A stretch of 64,000 nucleotides of DNA, taken from the NCBI GenBank assembly GCA_024679065.1, contig JAGIQG010000003.1, forward strand, positions 19,530,001 to 19,594,000, in the 5' to 3' direction. Source of the stretch: Sphyrna mokarran. Its lineage: Eukaryota. Below, one piece after another: positions 11,993 through 24,682 of this stretch (within the stretch, counting starts at the first letter, position 1; the number at the start of each line of letters is the position of its first letter). The notes under the pieces are model-generated. The model did no database searches and was not told where the DNA came from. It saw only the letters and a program-made list of their open reading frames with translations. Both the position numbers and the translations under genes were made by a program.

Positions 11993-13635
11993 ATTTTCAA
12001 ATAATTCAAGGTCTTAGTTTGTTCTAATATTACTCACCGACCCACGAGATTTTGTTTTTTTTTTGAGGTGGTCTGCTTGTCTGATGTGTCTATCTCATCA
12101 TTGTCTTGGTTTTATTACTATCTTTGTACTATCGTTCCACTTTTTGTTTTCCTCCCCCATCCCCCCTTATCAAACAATTGTTCTGCCTCAGCATCTGTAA
12201 CAAGGGTTAGTCATTGGTCAAAAATTAACCATTTGAGGTTCAATAAAATAAACCTCAACAAACTGCGCATCAGAGGCTGCCGAGCATAATAGTCACGTAG
12301 TACGGCTTTCTCTTTGCTGATCTCTCTCTTTCACTGGGGGTGGGGGGGAGGTAAAGCTGGAAAATAATGGCTGCTTACAGTGAATCCACGAATCAGTCTT
12401 TTCTCGGTGAAATACACAACAGAAAGATGGCGGTAAGGAGGAGATGCAATTATTTTGTGTCCCATTTGAGAAACAAAGGACTGATCGTAAACCTTTTTTG
12501 GAAGTTGATTTTGAGGAAATTTGAGCAGTTTGAAAGATTCAGGTATACAGTGAGTCAGCAGACCACCTGATTGAATTTAAAAAATGCCACTGAAGGGTAT
12601 ATTTGGGGACAATGGGGTAATTCAGCCCCGTTGAGGGTTCCCCTCCCCAAGTCTCTCAATTGTCTTGACTTGGAACTTGACTGTGGCTCAGTCAAAATCC
12701 TGGAGCTCATTTCCTAATAGTACTGTGGGCGTACTTGCACCACGTGGATACTGTGTTTTAAGAAGACAGCTCACCACCATCATCTTGAGGGCAATTAGGG
12801 ATGAGCAACAAATGCTGGCCTAGCCATGAAGCCCTTATCCCTTAAATGAATATATATTAAAAAAAAAAGGGGCTGATGTAAATACAAAGGTTTCACATAT
12901 GGCTAAATGTGAACAAAATAGGAGGTAAGGATAAAGTTAATAGTCTTCCTCACCACATGGGACCAAAGGCCTTTGTGGTTTAAACTGTCAATTTTCCCCT
13001 ATTTTCAACTGTGAATATGTCAATAAGCCTCACTTGGCAATTGCAAAGCAGCCGGAGGTAAAATTGAGGGAGGATGAAGTTTAATTTTGATCCAAATTTT
13101 GTTACACTTACTACATTGCATACTAGTCAGATGTGCAATGCCTTATTTGTGAATAGGCTGCAAGTTTTGGCTGATTATTTGAGGAGTGATTATAATATGG
13201 ACATTCACTTTCTATCCAACAAAAGCATTTGGATAAGAACATGGATGGGAAAGGATTAGAGGGATTGGGCCATACACAGGCAAATGGGACTAGATAGGAG
13301 GGCATCATAGTCAACATGGACCAGTTGGGCCGAAGGGCCTGCTTCCATTCTGTATTGCTCTGTGACTCTCTAACCTGAAACACTACATATTCTACTACCC
13401 GCCCAAAATCTTTAATTCCCATTTCCACATTGTAAAGATTAAACAAGCCATAGTTGTAAATTTTGGTGCATTGCTATCATTAATTCTGTTTCTTGGGTGC
13501 TCTCCTTAGCTCCATTCTTCTTATTTGAACAATCGCTGGCAATTTCAAATAATTCAAAGTGTTAATTTGTTCTAATATTACTCACCGACCCACGAGACTG
13601 TGTTTGTTTTTGAGGTGGTCTGCTTGTCAGATGTC
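11993..13635 (+). repeat. About 90-bp direct repeat pair (11993-12086 and 13541-13635)
   Basis: TTTCAAATAATTCAA..TTTGTTCTAATATTACTCACCGACCCACGAGA..TTTTGAGGTGGTCTGCTTGTC.GATGT occurs twice. Confidence 0.9.
12665..12860 (+). mobile_element. 3' end of a CR1-like LINE (same family as 32090-33950)
   Basis: TCCTAA..CACTGTGG..GTACTTGCACCA...AAATGCTGGCCTAGCCA is shared with 33805-33925. Confidence 0.65.
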
Positions 13636-14214
13636 CTCATGCATCCCGCTCCTCAGTCAGCAGTAAGTCCACCGTTCAGATTGGTCAGCTGCCCTCCAGT
13701 CCAGTGCTGAGTGAACAGAGGAAGAAATGCAGGAGAACACCCAAGACAAGTCCAGGAGTGGTGGCCCAGGTAAGCTGAAGGAGTCTCAGGTTGAGAAGTC
13801 TGGGGGGAGCAAAGGGGGTAATCGGCGTGTCGGAGAGGGACTATGCGAAGAGAAAAGAAGTCCAGAAGCCACCAGCCTTTAAGGGAAACTGATAGAGTTT
13901 GCCTGTCCTATCTTTCCACATAAAAATAATATTTGGAGACAGTTTTCAATCCTGTGTTTCTCTGCCACATCAGTTATAATCAGCTTGGGTTGTTGATAGA
14001 TGTTTTTCCTGTATCCCCTGCATTTTTATTAGTTTTTTTATATTTGACGAGCGAATGAGTCAGCTACCATTTAAGATGCTGTAACTTTGAACCACAAATT
14101 AGTCCTGTTTGCTGACCACAGCGTACCTGCTCAGTTAGATTGCCTTTGCTAAAGTTAGATCATCTCAAGTACAAGGGGCCAGACAAGATATCATCCAACA
14201 CTCATAAAACTACA

Positions 14215-14335
14215 TTCACCAGAATTTTACCACGACACAGAATCGGAGCGGGCGAGGGGTGGACAACAGAAATGTTGGTTGTCCTCCGACGGGATTTGCC
14301 AATCTCGCTCAAGCAAGGACATAAAATCCCGTCCA
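14215..14335. mobile_element. Short MITE-like element
   Basis: Ends AAAATCCCGTCC. Its reverse complement resembles 63317-63438. Confidence 0.5.
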
Positions 14336-14391
14336 TTGTCTCTGATCAGTTCATCTTTCAAGTGTCATGGTCGCAGTCCTGTCAAAGTCTA

Positions 14392-14940
14392 TGATGTAGA
14401 GTTGTTGGCGTTGGACTGGGATAGGGACAGTAAAAAAATCTCTCAACACCAGGTTAAAATCCAACAGGTTTATCTGGTAGCACGAGCTTTCAGAGCACTA
14501 CTCCTTCATCAGGTAAGTGCAAGATTTGGTTTACAAGCAGACCATATATATATATATATACAAACTCAATTACAAGATAATGGTTGGAATGTGAGTCTTA
14601 ATAGGTAATCAAGTCCTTACAGATGCAGACAATGTGAGTGCAGAGAGGGTTATATACAGGTTAAAGAAGTGTGACATGTCTCAGGCCAGGACAGTTAGTG
14701 ACAGTAAGCCCAAGAAGTCATGGTGGTTACAGATAGTGTGACATGATCCCAAGATCCTGGTTGAGGCTGTCCTTGTGTGTGGAACTTGGCTATCAATTTC
14801 TGCTTGGCGATTCTGCGTTGTTATGTGTCTTGAAGGCCACCTTGGAGAAAACTTACCTGAAGATCAGAGGCTGAATGTCCTTGCTTGCTGAAGTATTCCT
14901 CGACAGGAAGGGAACACTCCTGCCTGGTGACTGTCGAGCA
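14392..14940 (-). mobile_element. Penelope-like element 3' end (GIY-YIG C-terminus plus pLTR with hammerhead core)
   Basis: The minus strand of 14760-14940 translates to ..LPVEEYFSKQGHSASDLQVSFLQGGLQDT*QRRIAKQKLIAKF. pLTR at 14392-14520. Confidence 0.8.
14481..14515 (-). ncRNA. Minimal type I hammerhead ribozyme motif
   Basis: Minus strand reads UAC-CUGAUGA-A-GGAG(UAGUG)CUCU-GAAA-GCUC-GUG: intact catalytic core, helix II, palindromic AGCU helix III and a CUC cleavage triplet. Confidence 0.65.
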
Positions 14941-15084
14941 ATTAATTACTAGCTCTCACTTGTTCAGGAAAGCAGGTTAAAATCTGGAGTTGGTGTGATA
15001 CATCAGCAGGTGAGTTTCACAGGCAATTTTAACTCCCTGCTCACCTGAATTCCATCTGCAACTTTGGCTAAAATTGCCACCTGG

Positions 15085-15590
15085 AACTTCGTGATCTAGA
15101 AAGGTCTCTAATCATCACCTGGACATCAAGACAGCATTTGACCCATTGTGGCATCAAAGAGCCTGAGCAAAACTGGAGTCAATGGGAATCACTGGTTGGA
15201 GTCAAATTTAGCACAAAGGAAGATAGTTGTAGTGGTTGAAAGTTTCTCAACTTCAACACATCATTGCAGGAGTTCCTCAGGGTAATATTCTAGGCTCAAC
15301 TATCTGCAACTACTTCATCAGTCACCTTCCTTTCAACATAAGGTCAGAAGTGCATAATGTTAGCACCATGCACGACTCCTCGGTTACTGAAGCATTTCAT
15401 ATCTAAATGCAGCAAGACCTGGACAATATACGGGCTTGGACTAACAAGTGGCAAATAATATTTGTGCTATGCAAATGCTAGGTGATGACTACCTCTAACG
15501 CTCCTTGACATTCAATGAAAACCCTGCTATCATCTTGGTGGTCATCCTTGATCAGAAACTGAACTAGACTAGCCATATAAATATTGTCAC
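15085..15590 (+). mobile_element. Decayed CR1-like LINE RT fragment
   Basis: Aligns by eye with 32865-33380 (GCATTTGA..TGGCATCAA..GCAAAACTG..ACAAAGGAAGATAGTTGTAGT..ATGCAGCAAGA). Confidence 0.7.
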
Positions 15591-16229
15591 CAAAGAAGGG
15601 ACAGGGATCACAATATGACATTAACTTGTGTCTGTTCAAAGCGATGCAACTTTATGTTGACTCTGTTATTACCGGGCATGCAATGTATAGCCAGCATGAA
15701 CCCTAGTGGGTGCCTTTTCACCTCAGCAGGGGATCCAAAGTCATTAAGAGGCTAGCATTGGATATGTGGCCCACACTATTTAAAACGAGCCTGCAGTCCT
15801 TCAAGAGGAGGTACACCATGACTGGAATAGGTGTCAGAGAAGGTGTTTTAGAGCTCATCCTGATATAGGGAAGATACGGGAATGGCCCAAAATGGGAGAA
15901 AGCGGGTCACGAGGATTTTGGTGTCTATGCCCAGAGCTGCTTGGGTTCATCCCCCAAGGCCAGTTGCAGTCTCCAAGTCATGTGTCTTCCACTGCCTGGA
16001 ATAGGAGCAGCAAGAGAGGCAAAAGCATGTGGAAGAATGGCATTAAAGAAATGCGCAGGATGATTTGACTTTTATATGCCATGTGGAATTATTTCATTCA
16101 TAAATTTGGTTTGAAATATTTATCTTGTGCGGGATTTTATTTTTATCTAGCCAAATAGATGCTGTGATCCTTTATCAGAGGGAAAATATTGGACTATTGG
16201 TTCATGTGGAGTTGAGGTTGTAGCTATTG

Positions 16230-17020
16230 ATATTACACTCTGATGGGTTCTTCATGGATAGCCTAGCAGAAAGGGGCTGGCTTTTTTGTCTCTTCCCTTT
16301 CCCTCCTCCTGAAGATCCTGCTTCAGCTGCTCACCGTATAGCAGAAGGCAAGGATCAGGATGGCAGTCATGCAATATGGAACAGGCCACAACAAATCTTG
16401 ACATATCTTATGCCCAATACTCCAGAGTGCTTCAGACATTGTTTCAGCATGCCAGTGCTCTTGTTCTGTCACAGTTTGTATGGCAGGCATGCCTTTCTTT
16501 GTGTGGGTGATGCACTGGATCAGGCAAATGGACCTTATCACACAGAAAGCTGTCTTTTGGTGACTCGAATGCTCTTGGCACAACTGATTCCTTCAGAGTA
16601 AAGATATCATGACTGTTGTCAAGATACTGGACATTGACCTGCATGTCTTGCTGTATGTGGTTGCACACCAGCTGGACAGCCAAGGAATAGAATTCCCTTT
16701 GGTTCCAGTATATGGCAGAGTTGACATGTGGTGTCCTCAAAATGATGTGTATGCAGTTAATGGTGCCCCATACTATGGGGAAGTCTGCAATACTAGCAAA
16801 GCGACATGCTCACTCTCCCTGTTTCCGTCCCTCAAGAGCAAATGAAATGCAATAAGTTCTCAGTGAATAGAGAGCCTCAGTAATCTTCCTTGTGCAACGG
16901 TGGACGGCAAACTGCAAGATGCTCCAGTTTGGAAAGAAACTGGATGTATAAAGGTTCACTGCCATGGTCACACTAACAGCCACGAGCAATGCTGTTCTTG
17001 CCCTGGTCTGAAGTTCCAGC
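16230..17020 (-). pseudogene. Decayed PIF/Harbinger (HARBI1-like) DDE transposase
   Basis: Minus strand reads GTINCIHIILRTPHVNSAIYWNQREFYSLAVQLVCNH...YLDNSHD. This matches the Harbinger motifs GAIDCTH..., NRKGFHS.NVQ.VCD and YPGS.HD. Downstream ..VVACSILH matches CC.LHN. Contains frameshifts and stops. Confidence 0.75.
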
Positions 17021-20000
17021 TGTGGTTATAGTAGATGGCAGATTTCAGTGATGATGTTCTAGATGTTACATTTTATATAAGCATATGTGAATTCCCAGTT
17101 AATGCCCACCATAGGAATGTAAATAAACACACAATTAATATCTGAATAACATCTCACATTGTTCTTTGAGGTTCAGCAAAAAGAATTACCCTTGAACACT
17201 GTGCTGACATGGTCTTCTATTTGGAGCTTTTCTCCCACTCCTCGTCTTTTCCAGCAGTTTAGACCAGAAGATAGAAGAAATCAATTAGCAACAAAGCTAT
17301 ATAGTTGATTTTAGATGGTGTTTGGGAATGAGGGTCCATGCTTCTGCTGAAAAGATGGCATAGCACCAAAATGGTACTACTGTTATTAAATTAGCATTGC
17401 AAGGTAAATTGATATTGAACAGCCGCTGAAGTTGTGTGGTTTACAATGTGCAAACACTAACATCTTCAACAGTATGCTTTCTACGCAATTCACCCCACCC
17501 CAGTAGTGTGTGCATGTCTCTTGAATGTCATTTTGGACCTTGGGTAGCAACCAGACAACGAGCACTACCAGAGAGATGCACAACAACCAGAGTAACTTGC
17601 ATTTATATAGTGCTTTCAGCACAAAAGATCCTGGGCAATCCACAGCTGCATTAACAGACAAAAATTGACAAGTCAAAGGAGTTGCATTCAAGCCTACTTT
17701 CGTGAATAACTGAAAGAAGAATAAAATCTTTGCACACAAATGCCTTTTCTATCTTTCCCAAGGACAGCTGTCCCTGAGAGTTGAATAGTACATCTGAATG
17801 AATTGCAGAAGTTTGAATTTGTTCATTTCAATGCTATAGTGCCTCATTTAAATCAATATATTGAGCATGTTGCCAAAGCATTTTTGTTTAGGTGAGAGAA
17901 TTGCCTAATAACCATTTCAACACTCTTTCAATGTTTTCTCTCACAGGAGCTTGGGGCTTGAGCACTTTTGACAATCAATGTGACAATGCTTTTGTTTCAC
18001 TGTGAAAACCCATAAGGTGCTAATTCTCCAGTTGTGACGCTTAGAGCTTGCCAAGTTCATCTGATGTCTTCAGTTTAAAAGCAAACTTTGAAGCTGATTT
18101 TTTTTTAGAAGTTAAATGAACTATTCAGTACTGTGCAGCATCACAAGGTGTTTATTTAAATCTAAGGAGCCTGCTTTTTAAGATTTCCTGTGCTGTAATG
18201 TCACTACAATAATGAAGCAAGTAACAAAAATACACTTGTTTCATTAGAAACTGTGGGGATGACACTAATTATAGTTCAATCTGCATTTGTTACAATCGTG
18301 GGGTTTATGAGATGGTTATATTTTGTGACTGGGCTTTAAGTCTAGTGTGAATGAAATGAGTTTGTGGCTTGTCCTGTAATCTGTCTAACAGTAAGTGTGG
18401 GTGGTTTGATTGTTAGAGATCAAAAGAAGGCTTAGATTGTTTTACTGAAAAGATGCAAGGTGGTAATGCTGAGAGACAATGGTAGCAGTCTGAGTTTACA
18501 ATGAATAAACCATGAGTGTCCAAATGTCCCAGAAAAATGTTGTTAGTATCAGGTTGCAAAAGTTGTGCTTTAAACTTTCCATTTTCTTCTGAAATGAAAA
18601 GGAGTTAGAATCCATGTTAGCTAACTAGCATTTCTACCTGGATGCAAAGTTAATTTATTTCACGTTGCCATGGGAAGAGGGTCGGGAAAGATGTTTTTGA
18701 GTTCAGGTTACAGGCTTCCCTGTATCACAGATGGACAAAAGAGGTTCTGAATGGTCAAAAGAGAAGAGGCCATTTTGCTTTGACTACCTAGGATACAGAA
18801 GATGATGATTTCCAGTCAAAGCAATTGATTCCCACAGCCATTTAAGGAACCCAAGAGATTCATCCCTGGAACAGTCAGAAGGAGGAGATTCATTAGAACA
18901 GGTTTTATTGCTGGAGGCTCATTTAAGAAACTCTGAAAACTGAAGAAAGCATTCAAAGATGGCATTCCAAGTTATCGGTGAATTGGGGATATGGAGACCC
19001 ATTGGAAGCTGGAAATAACTACAAACGAAGAAGGCTATAATTCCACAGAGAGCATGACGGGTGAAAATATGAAAGGGGATGTCACTTTCACTGAAGTGGA
19101 AGTTGTCTGCGAAAAGAAAATAGTATATAGTTATTAATTAAATGTTTAGTAATTTGTTACAGTAAAATTTTAAAATATGAAATAGTCACCTGATGACTTT
19201 CAGCTATTAACTGAAAGTTGGAACTTCTTTTTAAAAGTTACCTCCGTCTTTCAAGATTCAATTGTTGGCTTCTTCCAAAATTTGTTACAACAGTTAAATT
19301 GACAAAAGGACAGTTAAGCGAAGATAATGTCCTGGGAAAATCCTTATTAATCTAACTGATTTTCATAGTGAGAGAGGAAAGTAAAATCTACAGCAAAGAA
19401 ATAGCTTTTAATGAGTTCTTTTTATTCATCCGTGGGACTTGGGCATTCCTGGATGGCCAGCATTAATTGCCCAACCCTTATAAAGAAATAATGAAGAAAT
19501 AGGGAGAGGAGATGGAGAGGTTTGGGGAGATTGTAAATGATATGGAATGCTACTTTAATGTATCTTTTGATGATGATGGACTAGTTTTACCAGTCCATGT
19601 ACTATGATTAATTGGGAGCAGATTTATTAGTCTGGTTGTGTTTCAAATTCTGGGAAGTCTCACAAACACACCAGGTCAAGAAGCAGGTTTGGAGGTCTTA
19701 GGGGTCGTAATCTCTCACTACCCGGGCTTCAGACCAACTGCAGTATGAAAACTCTGTGCATTGCTCTACTTAAATACCCCAGATGATTGTGTGCCCAGTT
19801 TCTAATGTTTGTTATTAATATATGATTGTTGGCTCTTTACCAGTGTTCAAAATTAAATTGAAGGAGCTTTGCACAAGATTTAATCATGTGTGCTTGAGAG
19901 CAGATCAGCTAGTTGAGAACTGGCAGTATTACTCCCCATTACTTTTCACAAATGTGTTTGGAATTTGGGAAGTTAGTGAGGTTAACATTTTAACTGAGAT

Positions 20001-20111
20001 TAACATTTTAACTTGAGATGAAAACAAAATAAAACAAAGTAACAAGATTAGCAGGCATCTAGAGGAATGAGACATGATTTTCTCAGTAACAAGATTAGCA
20101 GGCATCTAAAG

Positions 20112-20438
20112 CAGTGATGCCCAACCTATGGTGTGGACACTGCAGGTTGTCCATGGGAGAAAAATATATAATTAAGTGCGCTGCTTGTGTCAAAATTAAT
20201 GTCACATTATTTGCAATGTAAGTTGCTTCACAATTATTTTTGTGTAATATAATCCACAATGTACCTGTGAGTGTGCAGCATAAACTATTTTAATACTCAT
20301 TGATATAAAAGTTTGAATCCAATCAGTCATAAGCTACGTAAAAAAAAGAAAGTTTAAGCAGGTTGCATACATTGTGGTCCACCAAAGCTTTCGAAGACTA
20401 TCTATGGTCTGCTTAAAGGAAAAGGTTGGGAACTGTTG
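20112..20438. mobile_element. hAT/Charlie-type MITE
   Basis: TIRs CAGTGATGCCCAACCT / AGGTTGGGAACTGTTG. Imperfect 8-bp TSD ATCTAAAG / GTCTAGAG fits the Charlie NTCTAGAN target. Confidence 0.75.
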
Positions 20439-20747
20439 GTCTAGAGAAATTGAGGTGCAAGTTGCCAATTCAGAAAAATTGCTATACTAATAGCTTTTAA
20501 AAAGCAAGGAATTTGAAAGATGTAGACAGTTGAATCCACAAGGTGGAATATCAAAGAGAGTGAATAGTATAATGACTAGAACCCTCATTGGGAATGCAGG
20601 GCTAGTTTTCCATCCAACCATCAGACAGTCCATCTCCATCTAATCTTCAGAGGGGCCAATCCCATTTATGATCAGAGCTATTGTGGCCTGTTCCATTAAA
20701 TATTTAGAGCCTTGAGAGATTGCAGATACTCTCCTCCAAAAGACACA

Positions 20748-20881
20748 GGCCTGAATCTTATCACTTCACACTGGCAGGATTTTCCCATCCTGCTGCAGTG
20801 AACAGATTTGGCTGGCTGCCAAGTTCTCCAACATTGCTGCAACAGGAGTGTGGCATGAATGGGTAGGTAAGATCATGCCCA
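20748..20881. mobile_element. Short MITE-like element
   Basis: Reverse-complement relative of 54445-54580 (CAGATTTGGCTG.C.GCCAA.TTCTCCAA core) with imperfect GGGC..GATCTTA termini. Confidence 0.6.
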
Positions 20882-21218
20882 CAGTTGTATGCCTTTGCTG
20901 AGCCAGGAAAAGACATTTTCCAATACTTGGTCATCAAGCTGAATTGAATGATAACTAGTAGCTAGATTTATAGTGTTACAAAATTGGATGTTATTTGGGA
21001 AAAGCATATCTCAGTGAGTTCAGGGAACATGGGTATATTTTGGGAACAAGGTAATTTCAGATAAAATAGTCTGTTTAATTGTTAACATACTTGCATCATA
21101 GAGTATATTAGTCTTTCTTGCAATATGCTTTTTCACCTTAATACTTCTTAAACAGTTCCAAACCATTGCTGGACTAGTTCCTCGCTGTTTTGCACTATTC
21201 CTCACATTATTCCAAACA

Positions 21219-22765
21219 AATTCTATCAAGATAGACAAGTCGCCGGGACCGGATGAGATGTACCCCAGGTTATTGTGGGCGGTGAGGGAAGTGGTTGCAG
21301 AGCCCCTGGCAATGATCTTTGCGTCGTCCATGGAAACAGGAGAGGTTCCAGAGGATTGGAGGATTGCGGACGTGGTTCCTATCTTTAAGAAAGGGAACAG
21401 GGATAGTCCAGGAAATTACCAACCGGTGAGTTTCACTTCAGTGGTTGGTAAGCTGATGGAGAGGCTTCTGAGGGATAAGATTTATGAACATTTGGAGAAG
21501 TTTGGACTGATTAGAAATAGTCAGCATGGTTTTGTCAAGGGTAGATCATGCCTTACGAGCCTAGTTGAGCTCTTCGAAAATGTGACTGAACATATTGACG
21601 AAGGAAGTGCGGTGGACGTAGTGTACATAGACTTTAGTAAGGCGTTTGATAAGGTCCCACGTGCAAGGCTTCTGGAGAAGGTGAGAGGGCATGGGATCCA
21701 AGGGGCTTTGGCCTTGTGGATCCAGAACTGGCTTGCCGGCAGAAGGCAGAGAGTGGTTGTGGATGGGTCTTGTTCTGCATGGAGGTCGGTAACCAGTGGA
21801 GTGCCCCAGGAATCTGTTCTGGGACCCCTGCTGTTTGTCATTTTCATAAATGACCTGGATGAGGAAGTGGAGGGATGGGTTAGCAAGTTCGCCGATGATA
21901 CAAAGATCGGTGGTGTTGTGGATGGTCTGGAGGGATGCTAAAAGTTGCAGCGGGACATAGACAGGATGCAAGACTGGGCGGAGAAGTGGCAGATGGACTT
22001 CAATGCAGATAAATGTGTAGTGGTCCATTTTGGCAGGAATAATGGGATGAAGGAGTACAATATAACGGGTAGGAGTCTTAGCTGTGTTGTAGAGCAGAAG
22101 GATCTCGGGGTCCGGGTCCATAGGACTCTTAAATCGGCCTCGCAGGTGGAGGAAATGGTCAAGAAGGCGTACGGTGTACTGGCCTTCATTAATCGAGGAA
22201 TAGAGTTTAGGAGTCAGGAGGTAATGATGCAGCTCTATAAGACTCTTGTCAGACCCCAGTTGGAGTATTGTGCGCAGTTCTGGTCGCCTCATTATAGGAA
22301 GGATGTAGAGGCTATTGAGAGGGTTCAGAGGAGATTTACAAGGATGCTGCCTGGATTGGGAGGCAGGCCTTATGAAGATAGGTTGAGGGAGCTAGGACTC
22401 TTCTCACTGGAGAGACGTAGGTTGAGAGGCGACCTGATAGAGGTTTATAAAATGTTGAGAGGAATAGATAGGGTGGACTCTCAGAGACTATTTCCCCGAG
22501 CTGAAATGGTCACTACGAGAGGACACAGATTTAAGATGCAGGGAAGCAAATACAAAGGAGATGTCAGGGGTAGGTTTTTCACTCAGAGGGTGGTGAGTGA
22601 ATGGAACCGACTGCCGTCGGAGGTTGTTGAGGCAAACTCACTGGGGTCTTTTAAGAGACTTCTGGATGAGTATATGGAAAAGAATAGGATAGGGGGTTAT
22701 AGATAGGTCTGTGGATTAGTAGATGTGATCGGCACAACTCGTGGGCCGAAGGTCCTATGTTCTAA
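21219..22765 (+). mobile_element. CR1 LINE, 5'-truncated, young (ORF2 reverse transcriptase)
   Basis: RT motifs [19 protein letters not shown] and KFADD plus CR1 C-terminus RPQLEYCAQFWSP. One premature TAA at 21939-21941. CR1 tail GGGCCGAAGG..CTATGTTCTA. Confidence 0.95.
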
Positions 22766-24389
22766 ATATATGTCACTGGGAGCCAGTGTTTCAAGTTCTT
22801 TTGGAGTTTTAAGACACTCCAGCAGGTAACATATTGGGGTTCTTAACATGTCGCATCAATCTACCTCATTCTTTGGCGGGAAACTTCTGACTTTTTTTAG
22901 TCTTTCCTGCTTCCACTTTCAGGCTGTTAATATTGACATAATCATCACTCGCTGATGCAATTCTCAACACTTGCTGCTGCCGTGCATCTCGGTTTCTCAA
23001 TTTTTAAAAAGTAAACTGCCTTGGGTTCAGAACGAGGTTTTTAACCCCTGACTTTGCTGAATCAACAGAACATTGAGTAATTTCAGTCACCGTTTGATAA
23101 CTGCCAAGTTATTTTTATAACTGTTGGGGAAACACCTGAACAAGCTGCCTTAAACATGTCCTCAAAATGCTGTTTTTAGAATCAGATTCTCAGGTAAACA
23201 AAAACAGTTGATGGTACAATCATGGATGCCTATATGAAATAAGGAATTTTTCACAATATTAGTAAATGTGAAGGCTCATGACTTTTACACATTCACATTT
23301 TTAATAGGTGAAAAATCACAAACGGAAGAAGCAAGTCCCAGCCAAGTTGCCAAGGTCATAACCAAAATAGCAATCTGGGAATTTTTTTGTAAGAAAACAA
23401 ACAGCCATCTCTTTATCTGGAGTTGTTCAGTTCATTTATTATTGGAGACAGCAGTTAAGGCAGTAAACTCGTGACTTAACATGCGGGTTTCTGAATTTAA
23501 GGTTCTTCATTGGACGTGAAGAATACAAAAACAATTGATAACTTGAGTGAATTCTTGCAGGACATGTCAGCCGGGTTGGTTAAAGATTAAATTTGAAAGC
23601 TATTTGAGATCAAAGGTACAGTGTTTTTGACACAAGAATGGGTAAAGTTTGGGCAGAGCAAATATCCATTGAAAAGGTTAGCCAAAACGCCAAGGAAGGA
23701 TGCAGAGAAGGTAGTATAAGGAAAAAATATTACAGAATTAAGAGGAGACACAAAGGAGGAGACATGCAGATATTTTCATTATGTCACTTGGACAAATGAA
23801 AGTTTCCCTGAGAAAAAGGGAAATGAGATTTGAACTGGCATTACTCCAAATATATGTACTGACACGAAAGGTGGATCTACCCAGGAAACAGATGATTCAA
23901 AGAGGAATAGATACTACATCTGACTTCCCAGGAAGCTTGCATCCAGAGAAGGTGAGGCAATCCTTTCGACTCTGCTGACTCAGAAAGATGAGTTTTTTTT
24001 TAATACTTCTACTATAAGCCGAACTAATTAGAAGATTAATGTACCAAAGAAACCTTCTATCTTCAGCTGTTGTCTTGCAATTATAGGCAGTCTTCAACTT
24101 TGACTTTTGAGTTACACTTACAATATTTATAAATTGACACCAGGTCTTATAATGTAGGTTTTGAGTTCAAACATTCAGGGTTCTGAACTGCATATCTCCC
24201 TGACTCAAGAGGCTCAGTTGCTTTTCTGATGCATTTTTACTTGGTGAATCTTTGTTTCCAAACTTTTTTTTCTGTTTTACAATTTATTGCTACATTACTT
24301 TTTATAATTGAGCACGTAATCCCAGAATTATGCACTCAATTATTAAAACATAATGTAGTATTTTGGTATTGGGTCTTGGTTCAGTTTTA

Positions 24390-24682
24390 AGTTAATTTAT
24401 TAGCATCACAAATAGGCTTACATTAACACTGCAATTAAGTTACTATGAAATTCCCTAGTCACCACATTCTGGTGTCTGTTTGGGTACACTGAGGGAGAAT
24501 TTAGCAAGGCCCATCCACCCAACCAGCATGCTCTTTGGATTGTGGGTGGAAACTTAGAGCACCAGAAGAAAACCCATGGAGACACAGGGAGAACATGCAA
24601 GCTCTGCACAGACAGTAATCCAAGGTTGGAATTGAATCTGGGTCTCGAGTTGCAAAGCAGTATTGCTAACCACTGAACCACT
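24390..24682 (-). mobile_element. V-SINE (TAATAAA-type tail)
   Basis: Head, V-core and tail as in 2985-3277. Confidence 0.8.

Noticed and set aside
21521-22292. Long antisense ORFs over the CR1 RT (also 37162-37946)
   Set aside because: Shadow ORFs on the opposite strand of CR1 ORF2, with no independent protein signature.
23560-24000. Possible Gypsy gag start (REMRFELALL)
   Set aside because: Too degenerate, with no LTR or downstream motifs to support it.
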